Source: Salisapilia sapeloensis CBS 127946 (taxonomy: Eukaryota; Protista; Oomycota). Taken from it: a stretch of DNA of 64,000 nt. This document shows positions 1 through 13,490 of the stretch, piece after piece; position 1 is the first letter of the stretch, and each line of letters starts with the position of its first letter. The stretch is taken from the NCBI GenBank assembly GCA_023334545.1, contig JAADVB010000012.1:1-64000 (forward strand). Direction: 5' to 3'. The translations under genes and the position numbers were made by a program. The notes under the pieces are model-generated. The model had not been told where the DNA came from. It was given only the letters and a program-made list of their open reading frames with translations, and made no database searches.

Positions 1-301
1 ATTGGGAAATGAGGTACTCGCCGAGACCATATCGAGGATGTCTTTCAGCGACTTATCTCGCATTTCGTGTCTCGTGCAGCTTTTCGTGTTTTTGTCGATG
101 GGAGTGTGATTGGTTGATATACTGAGAAAAGGGGTGTGATTAGTGGAGAGCGTAGCCAAGTTGAAGCGACAAATTAACTGAATCGCTGCATATCTATTCC
201 CAGCACAAAGAAATGAAGATAGCTTGTAGATATCTCTTTCCGAATACAGAGATGACTTTACATGGAGCTACTAGAAAAGAAAGGAATGCATTAAGTTTTC
301 T

Positions 302-1484
302 TTAAATTCGTTGGAGGTATAGTCGATCCGACTGGATACTCCCGAGATAGAGCCCAGTTTCCGACGATAACACACAGCAGCTATCAACTGTTCCGCCGGC
401 CTTGGTTAACTCCAACTCTTTGACAAGATCAGCACCATGAAAGATAGCTGCCTGGCCTGAAGAAGAAACAGCCATCCAACTCGCTTTGTCGGATTCTAAA
501 GGTAGCTGCAGCAACCATTGAATGGGAAATTCCACACGTGCATACACTCTTCCGTCCTCGGTATGCGCATCAAATAGTTGGTAGACCATCCTATACATTA
601 CGAATGATTTATAATATACATGTAAAAGTAGAAGTAGGAGGTACCCATCATTTCCCGCAGCTAAGACCAAGTCTGACTGTCCATTCTGTTCCTTAGCCGG
701 GTGGGGAATGCTTAGCACCGTTCGAATAGGTGTTGCAAGTGGTATTTGGATCAACTGGCGCTCATAATGCAGTAGTGTCACGTTCTTATCACCACTTGCA
801 AGCAGAACATATGAGCTGCGAGTATGCTCGACGTCCGAGATGGACACCGAAGTGATACTTGTTGTCCTCGAATGTGTTTTCTTAGGATATGTCGCCGATT
901 TTTCATTCCGTCCGTGGGCATTGAGACTTGTCTGGAGAGAAAGAATGAACTTGATGGCTTAAAAACATAAATGCATCATCTACCTTCCACAAGACATTGT
1001 ACGGATCGACTCCATAGACATTTCCAGCGCAATCGCCCACAATAAATTTTTGGTTCCAAGTATGACGAATGCAGGTAACTCCTGCTTCAATTCGCATTCG
1101 TCTTATCTCCTATATGCATGAGCATAAAACATGAACGGGGGCATTCGCTATGACTATTCAGAAGCGTACGATGGCATCTCGATAGAACGCAACGTCGCCC
1201 GAGTCTGTACCGACCACCACCAATGGTTGCGATCTCTGCAATCCCTCGGACCATCGATCTGCAACAATCTCCAGTGCCTACACTCCAAGTCAGTCTCTCC
1301 TCGCTCCGAGCGTGACTCGGATCCTTACCGTAATAGGTGCCGTATCAACATCGACGGTCCATTCCGACGATGTCGGCAAGAGTTCCACCACATGCTCCTG
1401 TCGATCCTGTACTAGATAATAATGCAAAACGCCCTTGGTATCCCCCACCACGACCGTCGCTCCATCACTCGCCGCACAATTCAT
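302..1484 (-). CDS. Multi-exon beta-propeller (WD40/FG-GAP-like) protein, unassigned; the 3' end may extend by splicing towards or past position 1
   Basis: ATG at 1484 (MNCAASDGATVVVGDTKG). GT-AG introns join ORFs 1290-1484, 903-1097 and 302-847 in frame. Repeated blade-like motifs VVGDTKG, LVVGTDSG, FIVGDCAG, LLASGDK, LAAGNDG. Confidence 0.6.
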
Positions 1485-1577
1485 TTTTGTTAATTCGTTT
1501 CTATTCGATTACGCAATCTAGTCACTAGCTCGAACGAAAGTCGAAAAGCAAACAAATCATTTCCATTTAAATACCCA

Positions 1578-2522
1578 TTAATTCACGACAGGCGCATTGC
1601 GGCCCCAGAAACGTAGCGAGAATTTACGTTTCGGTTTCGATTCGCCACCCATGGACATGCCACGTAATCGTCGTCGAGGTGGTTCATCATCGCCTCGCAT
1701 CTGAGCTAATCGTTCTCTCGTTTCTTCATCTAAAAGCGACGAGCAAGAAGCTGCCATGTGGGTATTCCCGAAAGCAGAGGGAACGTTCCACTCGGGTACA
1801 CGAAGATTGGCATTCTCTTCTCTCGTACTCGATCGAGGGAAGTGGGTTAAAAAGGAGTCGACGTACGGATGGAACGTATGTACGAATTGGTCGAGCAAGA
1901 CCTTGTCTTCCTGCGCGTCGCTAAAGGTCGAGCCGGTCAGTGTGTGTTGCAAGAGGTTTGTGAGCTTGGCAGCACACGTGAGGGCCGTGCCTCGATAGGG
2001 TGCGAACTCAAAGAGAGTTGGCTTCACGAGGGACGGTCCGATGATGCGGAGGAAGAGAATGCTACCGACGACGAGCTGCGATCGGTGCCTGTAGTCTGGG
2101 AACGCCCGAGCGAACTCGGACATGATGTAGTGGCAGCTACTGCGTAGTACTAGCGGAGCAAAGTGGAGTGCCTTTGCAAGTCGTTCGAGCACACATTTTG
2201 CCATGGCAGTAATTTCTTCCGTGCCTACATTTGGGCTTGTGCGTAGTAGCGAGTGATCGTTGAGAATGGGGCGTAGGACGTAGCGGAAGTAGGATCGACC
2301 ACATTGTTCCCCAATTTCTTTCAGTAGAGCACTCAGAGGAGACGTCGTGCGTAGGAAGAGTTCGGGCTTATCAGCTACACGCTCGAGCTCGGTGCGAACG
2401 CAAGCATCGAGTTTCGAGACACGGAAGCTGTCAGTGCGTGCTCTTCCTCGCTTGTGGTTGGAAGAGGAGGATGAGGATGAGGAAGAGCTGTTGGTGCGAT
2501 GATGGAGCGCTGCAGCAGCCAT
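1578..2522 (-). CDS. RasGAP-domain protein
   Basis: Intronless 314-aa ORF with LFLRTTSPLSALL and the GAP signature GSILFLRIIGPSLVKP (FLR motif); N-terminal poly-Ser. Confidence 0.85.
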   Translation of the reverse strand: MAAAALHHRTNSSSSSSSSSSNHKRGRARTDSFRVSKLDACVRTELERVADKPELFLRTTSPLSALLKEIGEQCGRSYFRYVLRPILNDHSLLRTSPNVGTEEITAMAKCVLERLAKALHFAPLVLRSSCHYIMSEFARAFPDYRHRSQLVVGSILFLRIIGPSLVKPTLFEFAPYRGTALTCAAKLTNLLQHTLTGSTFSDAQEDKVLLDQFVHTFHPYVDSFLTHFPRSSTREENANLRVPEWNVPSAFGNTHMAASCSSLLDEETRERLAQMRGDDEPPRRRLRGMSMGGESKPKRKFSLRFWGRNAPVVN

Positions 2523-2534
2523 GGGGTCGATGTC

Positions 2535-2548
2535 GAAATGGGAAATGA
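2535..2548 (-). promoter_or_regulatory. Oomycete-type Inr/FPR core promoter element of the RasGAP gene
   Basis: Minus strand reads TCATTTCCCATTTC, matching the oomycete consensus YCATTYYNCAWTTY, 12 nt upstream of the ATG. Confidence 0.6.
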
Positions 2549-3666
2549 CGGGAATGAAGGGTGGGAAAAAGGCTCAGAAGGTGCGAGGAAGGAGGCGCGC
2601 AGTTTCGTCGATAGAAAGTTTTAGTACACGTGCGTGTTACTTGTGCTCGTTTAGTACAGACTTTGGTACAAGGCACAGACGAGTTGGAGGAGTCTCCCAC
2701 CGGAAGCACCTCGGCACGCAGACGTCGTAAGTTGATAAATAGGCACGGCGTCGGCCGTCCTTGTCCGATATAACATGTCTATGCCGTCCAGCTGAGACGA
2801 CGGAACGTTCGTCCCAGATCGAGTTTATGCTATAAAACGAGACGAGTCGATTTTCGTGACTTTATGCACGACAGATGCACGAGATCATGGCTTTTCGCGG
2901 CTTGCTTGAAAAAGAAACTAGCTTTCCTCTAAAAGATCGAGCAGAAGGTGACGCTTGAGTCGGCATGCGCAACTGAACCCACCATCAGTCCTGCATGATT
3001 TTTTAAGCCACCGTTTCTCCTACCTTCGTACAATGTTTCCGACTTGGTACATTGACCTGGTCCTGTGTTACGGCCAAGTCAAAGCGTTTATGTCCGGCTA
3101 GTAGCTTATTCGTTGTTGAAGAGGATGCAAACAACAATTTTTCGGCTAGAAACGGACCGGTTGACACGTATTCGAAGACCAAGCTCCTTCGAAAGGATTG
3201 GAGCCAACCACGTTTGTCGCCAATTGAATGAATCCAAGGTTGATAAGAGGGCATGCTGTGCATCATTCACGTGCATAGTATGATTATACGCGTGAACATG
3301 TTGTAGTCATGTAGAACGTAAATGAATAGCGAGTAGTTTGTATGCCCTATTGTCCTGTCGATTCTACACTTGAGGTGCTGTTTGCTTCTACACGCTACTA
3401 AAGACATCATGGCGAGGTAAGTAATCTGCATCCTACGCTGTGTTTCGTCGGCTCGAAGGCTTACCGTAGGATGCCACGGTATTAGAAAGTCATTAGCTAC
3501 ACGACGACAGTACATTGGCAGCGCACGCCACGCTAGTCGACCATGTATCATGTTGATTCTTCGACAGGAATGAATCACGCCTTACGCGGCTTACTGGAAA
3601 CATGCATTGAATATATACTCAGATGATGATGACACGTCATTTTCGCGCCGTCCATTCGTGTGCACT

Positions 3667-4200
3667 ATGCCGAAGAAGGAGGTGGCACTCATCGCGGCCG
3701 TCGCGATGAACAATACGATTGGCAAAGGAGGTACATTGCCATGGAAACTTCCGTGCGATTGGGCATTCTTCTGCACTGCCACGCAGCAGCAAGTGCTCAT
3801 CGTTGGCCGACGTTCGTTTCAAGAGTTTAATGCACCCGTTCCGAATCGTCACACGATTGTCGTTTCACAATCCTGGTCTACCTTGGGTCGTCCCAAGTCA
3901 TTAGTCTCCGACCAGGATATCGAGGTCGCTTGTTCCTTGCGTCATGCGTTGGCACTTGCGCACACGTTACCAAAGTATGCGCAATGTCATAGCGCATTCA
4001 TTGGTGGCGGACAGCAATTGTATGCAGAAGCGCTAGATCAACGAGCTGCAGATACGTTCTACTTAACGAGAGTACACAAAGTAGTCGACGGTGACCGATT
4101 CTTTCCATCGGATTGGTCGAATGCGTTTTCTCGACTAACTTATGCACGAACTGCTACATCACGTGATACAACGGTCTCTATTCAGAAATGGAAACGATAG
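3667..4200 (+). CDS. DHFR: Stand-alone dihydrofolate reductase
   Basis: MPKKEVALIAAVAMNNTIGKGGTLPWKLPCDWAFF (catalytic Asp), GRRSF, PNR, FIGGGQQLY, YLTRVH..DGDRFFP. First in-frame ATG at 3667; the ORF-track start at 3607 is TTG. Intronless. Confidence 0.9.
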   Translation: MPKKEVALIAAVAMNNTIGKGGTLPWKLPCDWAFFCTATQQQVLIVGRRSFQEFNAPVPNRHTIVVSQSWSTLGRPKSLVSDQDIEVACSLRHALALAHTLPKYAQCHSAFIGGGQQLYAEALDQRAADTFYLTRVHKVVDGDRFFPSDWSNAFSRLTYARTATSRDTTVSIQKWKR

Positions 4201-4213
4201 AGATGCATCGTCA

Positions 4214-5062
4214 TCATTCATTTATGTTGCTTTTATCTACATCTCGTAGTGATTCGACTTGCTCCTGCAGCTCTGTAAATTGTTTCTCCAGCTTCGAAAC
4301 TCGCGTTCGATGCGAAGCTTCCGAATGGACTGTTTGCTGGTGCAAGAGAGACAAGTGCTGCTCTGACGCTTTCAATCTGTCCATCAATGGTGCTAGTTTG
4401 GCATCCAGTAGCTGATTGAATTTAGCTTCCATGTCCTGCTGTAGTTTCTGTTGGATCATTTGGACTTGCATGAGCATATTCCTATCCAGACTAGATGGTG
4501 CATTGACATTCATGCCAGCAAAAGCAGAGGACAGAGAAGATGTCTGGGCTTTTTCCGGTGGCGCTTCGACCGGGTCATAGTTCATTTTAAATTCTTCCAG
4601 CCTGAATTCATCTTTATTGCCTGTCAGGGACACGAATCGGACGCTAAGTGTGTAGATGGCATCCAGTACACTGTAGTCTGCATTATCTCTCTGCAATTGC
4701 ATTTCGACGTTGAATTGTTGTGGTGCATGGCGTTCGTTGGAAGTGACTTTGCTACCACGCTGCGTGCCTAGGTACACTTCCCGTTCTTCTTTCGTGCCAT
4801 CGAAAGACGTTTTTAGGCCTCGGATGCGTACTTCAATGTGACGAGCCGAGCTACGTGTTTGGAGCCGGAGGGATGTACATCGAAGCGGATGGGCTGCAGT
4901 CCAATGCAAGTGTAGGTCGCACGGTGTCTTACGTTCGGATGAGTCAGCCTCAGGCCGATTGCATTGTATTGGTAGCGGTTGTAAGGTAGCTCGAGGTTCG
5001 TTAATCGAAGACTCGGTGGACAAGTACAGCTTGTCACGATACCAGTCGAGCTGGATCTCCAT
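4214..5062 (-). CDS. Hypothetical protein with C-terminal coiled coil, possibly PAAT/C10orf88-like
   Basis: ATG at 5062 (MEIQLDW). Motifs SSARHIEV and YLGTQRG resemble PAAT-family SEARNMEV and YCGTSRG from memory; heptad-rich C-terminus. Confidence 0.5.
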   Translation of the reverse strand: MEIQLDWYRDKLYLSTESSINEPRATLQPLPIQCNRPEADSSERKTPCDLHLHWTAAHPLRCTSLRLQTRSSARHIEVRIRGLKTSFDGTKEEREVYLGTQRGSKVTSNERHAPQQFNVEMQLQRDNADYSVLDAIYTLSVRFVSLTGNKDEFRLEEFKMNYDPVEAPPEKAQTSSLSSAFAGMNVNAPSSLDRNMLMQVQMIQQKLQQDMEAKFNQLLDAKLAPLMDRLKASEQHLSLLHQQTVHSEASHRTRVSKLEKQFTELQEQVESLRDVDKSNINE

Positions 5063-5602
5063 GTTCGTCACTCTTTGTCCGAAGTCTTACAATTATATAG
5101 ACGATATGTGCACAGCGCTTTTATCTATTTCGCACTCTGTCTGGAGCTGCTGAGTAACCATTTTGCACTGTGCGTTGCACCGATTCGTATACACTTTGTG
5201 GGTATTCCATGGAGATAATTCCATGCTGTAAAATGGCTTAGACTTAGTGAGACGACGAAATCGAGGCAAGGTGGATGCTTGTCAGACATCTTGGCGAGAG
5301 GGAAGACATGGACATCATCTATCGTTCAATCCATATGTAACCATTTCAACGAACATTACGCTTCGTTCACTTTTGATTTCTCTTCCCATAAAAGCACGAG
5401 CGTGATAGAATTTGAAACACGTAAAGGCGATAATTGTAAATATCCATGATAACGTTCAGCGTTGCCAATGTTCTACCAAGAGCTTTGTGCATGAGGTTTC
5501 CACACTCCATGGACCAAAAAAACGTGTGCTTCGATGGGATGTTTTGTTATACAGGACATCGCTCACACCACGTTCGTCCGCATTTTCACACCGTCGCAGA
5601 CT

Positions 5603-7600
<1,998 letters not shown>

Positions 7601-7777
7601 TCATGACAGTTGTATTCAGGTGTTAATAGAAGGAGCTACAGTTGCGAAATCAGGGTGTGGTCCTTGAAGAAAGAGAAAGAAAAGAAAAGCGTTGGGATCA
7701 TCACCCATCCGTCTTCCCTCTCCGGCGTCCTAAGAGAGGACATATACGATTGTTTCATCACAAACAAGCTCGAGGTC

Positions 7778-8529
7778 ATGACAGAAATCAAGTATGGCAC
7801 AGAGCCGGCGTTGAGACCACCTCCCCTCGTTATACCTCGAGCAGATAATCAGGCCGATCTCACTGCTTCGGCGACGAAATTCGCCATGGAGCCGACGGAC
7901 GACGATGTCGATGCTCGATATGACCGATTACGACGTACACAGAGTGAATCGTCGGCAACGATATCACAGCATTCGACGCATACCTCAGAACGCAGTCTCT
8001 TGCTGTCCACCGGTTCGGATGAACGGACGGATTATGGTAGTAACCAGGACACACATAGCATTAAAGAGGACTCGGAGTATCCGTCAGAGTTACGCAAGTC
8101 GCCTCAGCGCCGGCCATCGATCCTACGAATGGGCTCCCTTCGTCCACAGAGCGCGCGTGGATTGCGTAAAAGCGCGTCGGTGGAGTTTGTGATTGATATC
8201 GTCGAGCCGCCAAAGACGAGCGGACATATACGACGCTATAGCGGGTCAAGTTTACGGCGAGATATGCCACGGTACGTCTGCAGGTAGTAAAATATTTGGG
8301 AAGATTGCGTCTTAATCGATTTCGTAGGCGATTGACATGGGAAGAGCGAGAAGCATTGTACAAAATTCGTCCGGACCTGGAGATTGAGCCATCGGGACAG
8401 TATCGTCAGAATATGGAAGCGGCACAACGGAGGGCACAGAAGCGTATGATCTTTTCAATGTTCGGTGGCCTCTTCTCCGTCTTGCTTTTAATTGTATTCT
8501 ACTATCTTTTATCCCATTCGAACGCATGA
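7778..8529 (+). CDS. Tail-anchored membrane protein of unknown function (2 exons)
   Basis: ATG at 7778. Intron 8272-8327 joins a Ser/Arg-rich disordered region to an exon ending in a hydrophobic helix (MIFSMFGGLFSVLLLIVFYYLL). Confidence 0.7.
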
Positions 8530-9002
8530 GACGCCAACTAGCAACTTTGCTGCGTCGACCGCTTGCATGTGGATCTGTTTGCACATGGATAACGTACTTT
8601 AAAAAATTGCTCTTGCAAATTTCTGCTTTTGTCTACTATCGTTCCAGCTTGGGTTTAGGATCGTCGGAATGACGATCAAGTAGCTTTCTATTTGTCATCA
8701 TGTCCGTTCATCCGTATCTCTCCCTAGTCGTTCTGGTAATTATTATATCTATAAATCATTTGACATACACAAGACCATATTCCTGTGGATAGCCTTAGTC
8801 GTTATCGCCTTGGAGACGCGTGTGAAGAGAGTTTGAAAACTCAAGGTTGAAGGGTTCATCGCTCCTACGACCGTCATCCGACTCAGTAGCTACTAAGATA
8901 CAGAATAGACACCTGAACTAGAAGTGGAACTACATCTATCTAGTATTTCCTACTTTCTTTTCTTTGGTGGACAAGTACATTGTGATCTAACCATGTCGTC
9001 CT

Positions 9003-9096
9003 GTAAGTATCTGCATGAAAGATAGATCGGATGTCTTTCTCTTTTCTTTCGCATTTCTACCTCTCATATTCTTTTTCATACCTTTTCATACTTTAG
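9003..9096 (+). promoter_or_regulatory. Predicted 5'-leader intron of TRM112 with a long polypyrimidine tract
   Basis: Donor GTAAGT at 9003, ~65-nt pyrimidine-rich tract, acceptor TTTAG at 9096, 30 nt before the TRM112 ATG. Confidence 0.55.
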
Positions 9097-9126
9097 ACCA
9101 ATCGACCACAGCAAGTAGCAAGTAGA

Positions 9127-9498
9127 ATGCGGTTGATCACACATAACATGCTCGTGTGCAATAAGAAGGGTGTGGAGAATGGGTATCCTCTGCGCATCAC
9201 TGCAGAAGAGACTGAGGATATTGCATGTGACTTCCAGCCAGACTTTATCCGTAAAATCTTGCCCAAGCTTGACTGGTCTGCATTCATCGGTGGTGCCAAG
9301 GACCTCCAAGTCGCGACGGACTTGCCAAATGAGCTGCCGACGGATGCAAGTGACCAAGTTCTACGATCTATCCATCATGTCCTATTGGAAGTGCATGTGA
9401 AGAAAGGTAAATTGACATGCCCAGAGTCTGGACGTGAGTTCCCGATCGTCGACAGCATCCCCAACATGCTGCTTCGAGAAGACGAAGTTGGTGAATAG
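9127..9498 (+). CDS. TRM112: Methyltransferase activator Trm112
   Basis: MRLITHNMLVCN...LHHVLLE-like (IHHVLLEV)...GKLTCPESGREFPIVDSIPNMLL; 123 aa. Confidence 0.95.
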   Translation: MRLITHNMLVCNKKGVENGYPLRITAEETEDIACDFQPDFIRKILPKLDWSAFIGGAKDLQVATDLPNELPTDASDQVLRSIHHVLLEVHVKKGKLTCPESGREFPIVDSIPNMLLREDEVGE

Positions 9499-9533
9499 AA
9501 TACACTTGTGTTTTGGAAAAAACCTTGTTACTT

Positions 9534-10797
9534 TTATACGGCAAGGTCGTCTGGTTTCCGTACACGCTTATCTTGATTCCTACGACAGACTCAGTCGAGT
9601 GGCATTCGGATAGTAACAAAATGATGTATACGTTTCGTCTGGTAAATCGTCATCATCAATGTCTTCTGTCGTAATACCAATGTGCTTTGCCTTCTTCTCC
9701 TGATCACTGACCTTGGCAACTGCCTTCACCCATTGCACTCGGAGCTCAAAATCGCCGTCTGTGTTGTCGGCTATGGCAAAGCCAAGCTACTCCAAGTTGT
9801 AAGAACTCGAAGCTTGTATAGATACGAGGTCATGAGCATACGTTTCGGAGCTTTCCAGGGTCGAGTTCAGTCTCGTCATCCACTTTTACGAAACCTTTGG
9901 CTGTCAGCATAAAGTTTTGGAATGGAAGCTAAGAGCAAGTATTTAGATAGGAGCTGGTAAGAAGAGAAAGTAGCTATACTTCGATGTCGACCCATTGGTT
10001 AGGAGGAGTACGAATAAATCCCTAGGATAAACGTAAGCGTACTAGTCGATGGAGCTAGTGGATGTATATAGGTAGTACCATGTACAGATTAAACGGATTC
10101 CAGCTATCCATTTGGACATTCACGCGGTATCTATCCACAGAGTGAGAGACGAGTAGGAGAGGAGAGATGATAAACGTACATTCGGCCGTCGGTCATGACA
10201 CGCATGGCTAGTCCTTCATAGCCATGAAGCAACAGATTCGGCGGCAGTTGCATGCGAGCAGCACAGAACCCACTTCGGACGATATCAGGCTCCGTCGGTT
10301 GGATGTGTGTGCTGATGGTACCACAGAAGACAGCTATAGGAAGGAGATAAGTGGAGATGAATCGTCCTGTGGGAGCTAGTTGGATGTACCTGACGGGACA
10401 TTGTCATCGACATTTACTCGTTCGATCTTGTTATATTCAGTGTCTTCAGGAGTAGATAAGGAAGGGTCGTAGATTCCCCAATGACAGACAGAGGAGCCTA
10501 TGCTCTAGATGATCAACACATCATGATAGCAAATGTCGATGCAATGACTAGATATACCTCCAATGGATTTGTCACTGCTATAGATCCAATTCTCAAGGCT
10601 CTGGAGTCTGTCGAACTTGACGATTTCACGCTCAGGCGCCAGATTAAGCTGTAGACCGAGAGCTGTATCATCACGAAGCACACGCCTCCCATTTCAATAC
10701 GATTCAACTATAATACACAATTCCATGAGTGTGTACCTTGTCTAGAGTTGATCGTAGCTGATCGAAGAGATGATCGGAGTGAGTTCCAGACACCCAT
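9534..10797 (-). CDS. NDUFAF1: Complex I assembly factor NDUFAF1/CIA30 (about 9 exons; missed by the ORF track)
   Basis: Manual splicing gives the presequence MGVWNSLRSSLRSATINSRQ, then WIYSSDKSIGGSS, VFCGTIS, VRSGFCAAR, YEGLAMRVMTDGRIYRVN, WVDIELPFQNFMLTAKG and GFAIADNTDGDFELRVQWVKA, all CIA30 motifs. The last exon boundary is less certain. Confidence 0.85.
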
Positions 10798-11001
10798 CGT
10801 TGCAATATATGCACGTACAGACCAGCGGAATCACGGTCTCTCGTTCGTGTCCTGCGGTTGGTATATTTACTTCTATAGTGTAAATTAACACAGGAGATAA
10901 ATATACGTATCAAGACTCAATAAGGCCATCTCCGTTGGTCGAGTGCTCAGAGCGACGACATGAGTCTCCATCTACCACGTCGACGATGGGGTACACGAAA
11001 C

Positions 11002-12497
11002 ATGAGTTCTTATGAGAAGCTGGATTGCATTGGAGCTGGTACTTATGGGTACTTGGTGTTATAAAACCACTTGAATAGAGTACTAGGAAGACTAATGATG
11101 CGTCCGTTTGGCTATAGACAAGTGTTCACGGCAAAAGAGAAGGGATCGGATGAAGTTGTGGCTATTAAGAAGATTCGTAGCTTGAATGAAGTCCAGGGAG
11201 TATATATTCTACTTGTTTCGAATCGAAGTGGATAACTAATGCGTATAATAGCTTCCCGTGACTACGATTCGAGAGATTAAAGTGCTTAAATGCATGGACC
11301 ATCCGAACTTGGTGAAGCTCAAGGAGGTCATCGTGTCTGTGGAAGACGATGAGGACGACGCGAATCGACAAGGTACTTGTTCTCCTACTAGTATAAATCG
11401 AATTGAGAAAAAACTAAGAAAGCTTTCTTAGCTGGCTTTGTTGACAAGGAGGACCCGTTAGACTATTGTCGAGGGTCTATTTTCCTCGTCCTAGAGTACG
11501 TCGAACATGACCTTACCGGTCTCATCGACCGTCAGCATCCGTACTTGTTCCTACTCTTAACTGTTGTTTTCATATTCTCATTATTTTATCTAGCTTTACG
11601 GACATTGCGATCAAGAGCATTTCGAAGCAACTACTCCAGGTCATGAAGCACATGCACAGTCTCGATATCATCCATCGAGACATCAAGTGTTCCAACTTAC
11701 TCTTAACCAACCAGCATCTGCTCAAAGTCGCGGACTTTGGTCTCGCTCGTTCCATTCGTGGCGACCAGCTCTTTACGAATAAAGTCGTGACGTTATGGTA
11801 TCGTCCACCTGAGCTACTTTTAGGTGCGACGAGCTACGACGCGAGCGTCGACATGTGGAGCATCGGGTGTGTCATGGCAGAGCTGTACATTGGTCATCCT
11901 TTGTTCCAAGGCAAGACCGAGATGGAACAGATTCATAAGATTTTCGATCTATGTGGTACACCAACGCTTGATTCATGGCCAGACTACAAGTTCCTTCCTT
12001 CGAGTAATAAATTCGTGCCTGCAAAATCGAAACCACGAAGGCTGCATGAATATTTGCTACGAGAAGCGTCGAGTAGGAAGAAAATCTTCCCGAAAGGAGC
12101 GTTAGAACTGATCGAATCGTTGCTGGAGTTGGATCCGGAGAAGCGACTGACGGCTGCACAGGCACTTGAATCGACATATTTCCAAGTGCGGCCGTTAGCA
12201 CCGTCGGATCCGCAGACAATGCCTCATATCTCCAACTTACCACCTTCTCACGAGTATCAGACGAAGAAGATCCGGCGAGAGCATGCGAAAAATCTCGCGA
12301 ATGGTGCGAATGGATCGAATGCTCCGAGTGGTGGAGGCGACAGAGCGCCTCGAGGGTCGAGTCCGTCGGTGGAGGAAGATGGAACGAAGGCAAAGGCAGA
12401 GGAAGAGAAACCTGGATCAGAAGGCACGCCGTCCAAGGTGAAGCGCAGGAGAGAGGGAGAGCGAGGAAAGGAAGTGCCGAAGAAACGGAAGGAGTGA
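11002..12497 (+). CDS. Cyclin-dependent kinase of the CDK9/CDK12/CDKC (transcriptional) type, multi-exon
   Basis: MSSYEKLDCIGAGTYGQV, VAIKK, cyclin helix PVTTIRE, HRDIKCSN, DFGLAR, NKVVTLWYRPPELLLG, HEYQTKK. Confidence 0.9.
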
Positions 12498-12556
12498 CAT
12501 GTAACGATCGAATGACCAATTGGATGTTGCATATGCCAATACTTGTTAGACTTTTG

Positions 12557-13490
12557 TTACATGATCGTACGGCCTTTGGAACTAGCAGTAGCACCTGCCT
12601 TATGCAACTATTTATAAAGCGTAAGTGATAGGATGGAGAACCTAATCGATTGTCTTACCTGAAGGAGTAGTGAAGGGTTCTTGGTCTTGACAATACTGTT
12701 GACTTCCTACGTACCTCGTTGCTATGAGCATAAGAGCACAAGTAATGTCGGTATGTACGTACGTGTAACCGAGTTTGGAGGATCTGGAGGCGAGATTTCG
12801 TTGAGTTATAGCGGAAAGAGACGTACTTGCGAGTGATACTGTCCGGGGCACGTAAGAAGTCGACACACAGGAGTTCGACGAATTTGTATTCCATGTTCTG
12901 GATAAAGTCAAGTCTCCCTCGTCCATCTTCCTCGAGAACGTATACAGCTAGATGGTTGTGAGGTTCCTTGATGCAGTTGTTTAGCATGCGGATGAGGACG
13001 TTGGCGTAGTCTGCAAAATTGATCATGAGTTTCTGTTGCTCTTGCATGATCTGGAAGGAAGTCGCGTCGCATTCGTGCATGTAGAGGAAGAAGAGGTCAC
13101 TTTCAGTTGATAGTTCCACTCTTACACCATCTACATCAACTTCATCTCCCTAATGCATTCACATGGTCACTTGAATATTGGTTTGTGAAGATAAAAAGGT
13201 CGTAGAGAAATTACTCGAATGAGTATCTTTACTTTAACCGCTTCTAATGTCCCAACTTCTTGTGCGGAACTGTCTGAGTCCTGGATGTGATTTAGAATCG
13301 TACAAATCATTGCTATACTTTGCCAATAAATATACCTGAACTCGGAGCTCGAACGGAGTTTCTCGATCATAAACAACTCGATATCCTCCCGCTACGTGAA
13401 TGCAAACAAAGTCAGATTTCACATGATTTTAGATACACTAGCAAACAATTATCTACCTAAACTAGGGTCCACCTCATCAGCCGAGCACAT
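12557..13490 (-). CDS. SAS6L: SAS-6-like protein (SAS6L): SAS-6 N-terminal head with a short tail
   Basis: Spliced product: DPSLAGGYRVVYDRETPFELRVQ...ELSTESDLFFLY...LIRMLNNCIKEPHNHLAV...RLDFIQNMEYKFVELL...KNPSLLLQ. No long SAS-6 coiled coil, which fits SAS6L. Confidence 0.85.

Noticed and set aside
3003-3578. Two adjacent minus-strand ORFs (87 and 103 aa)
   Set aside because: No recognisable domain, and trial splicing gave no consistent long product.
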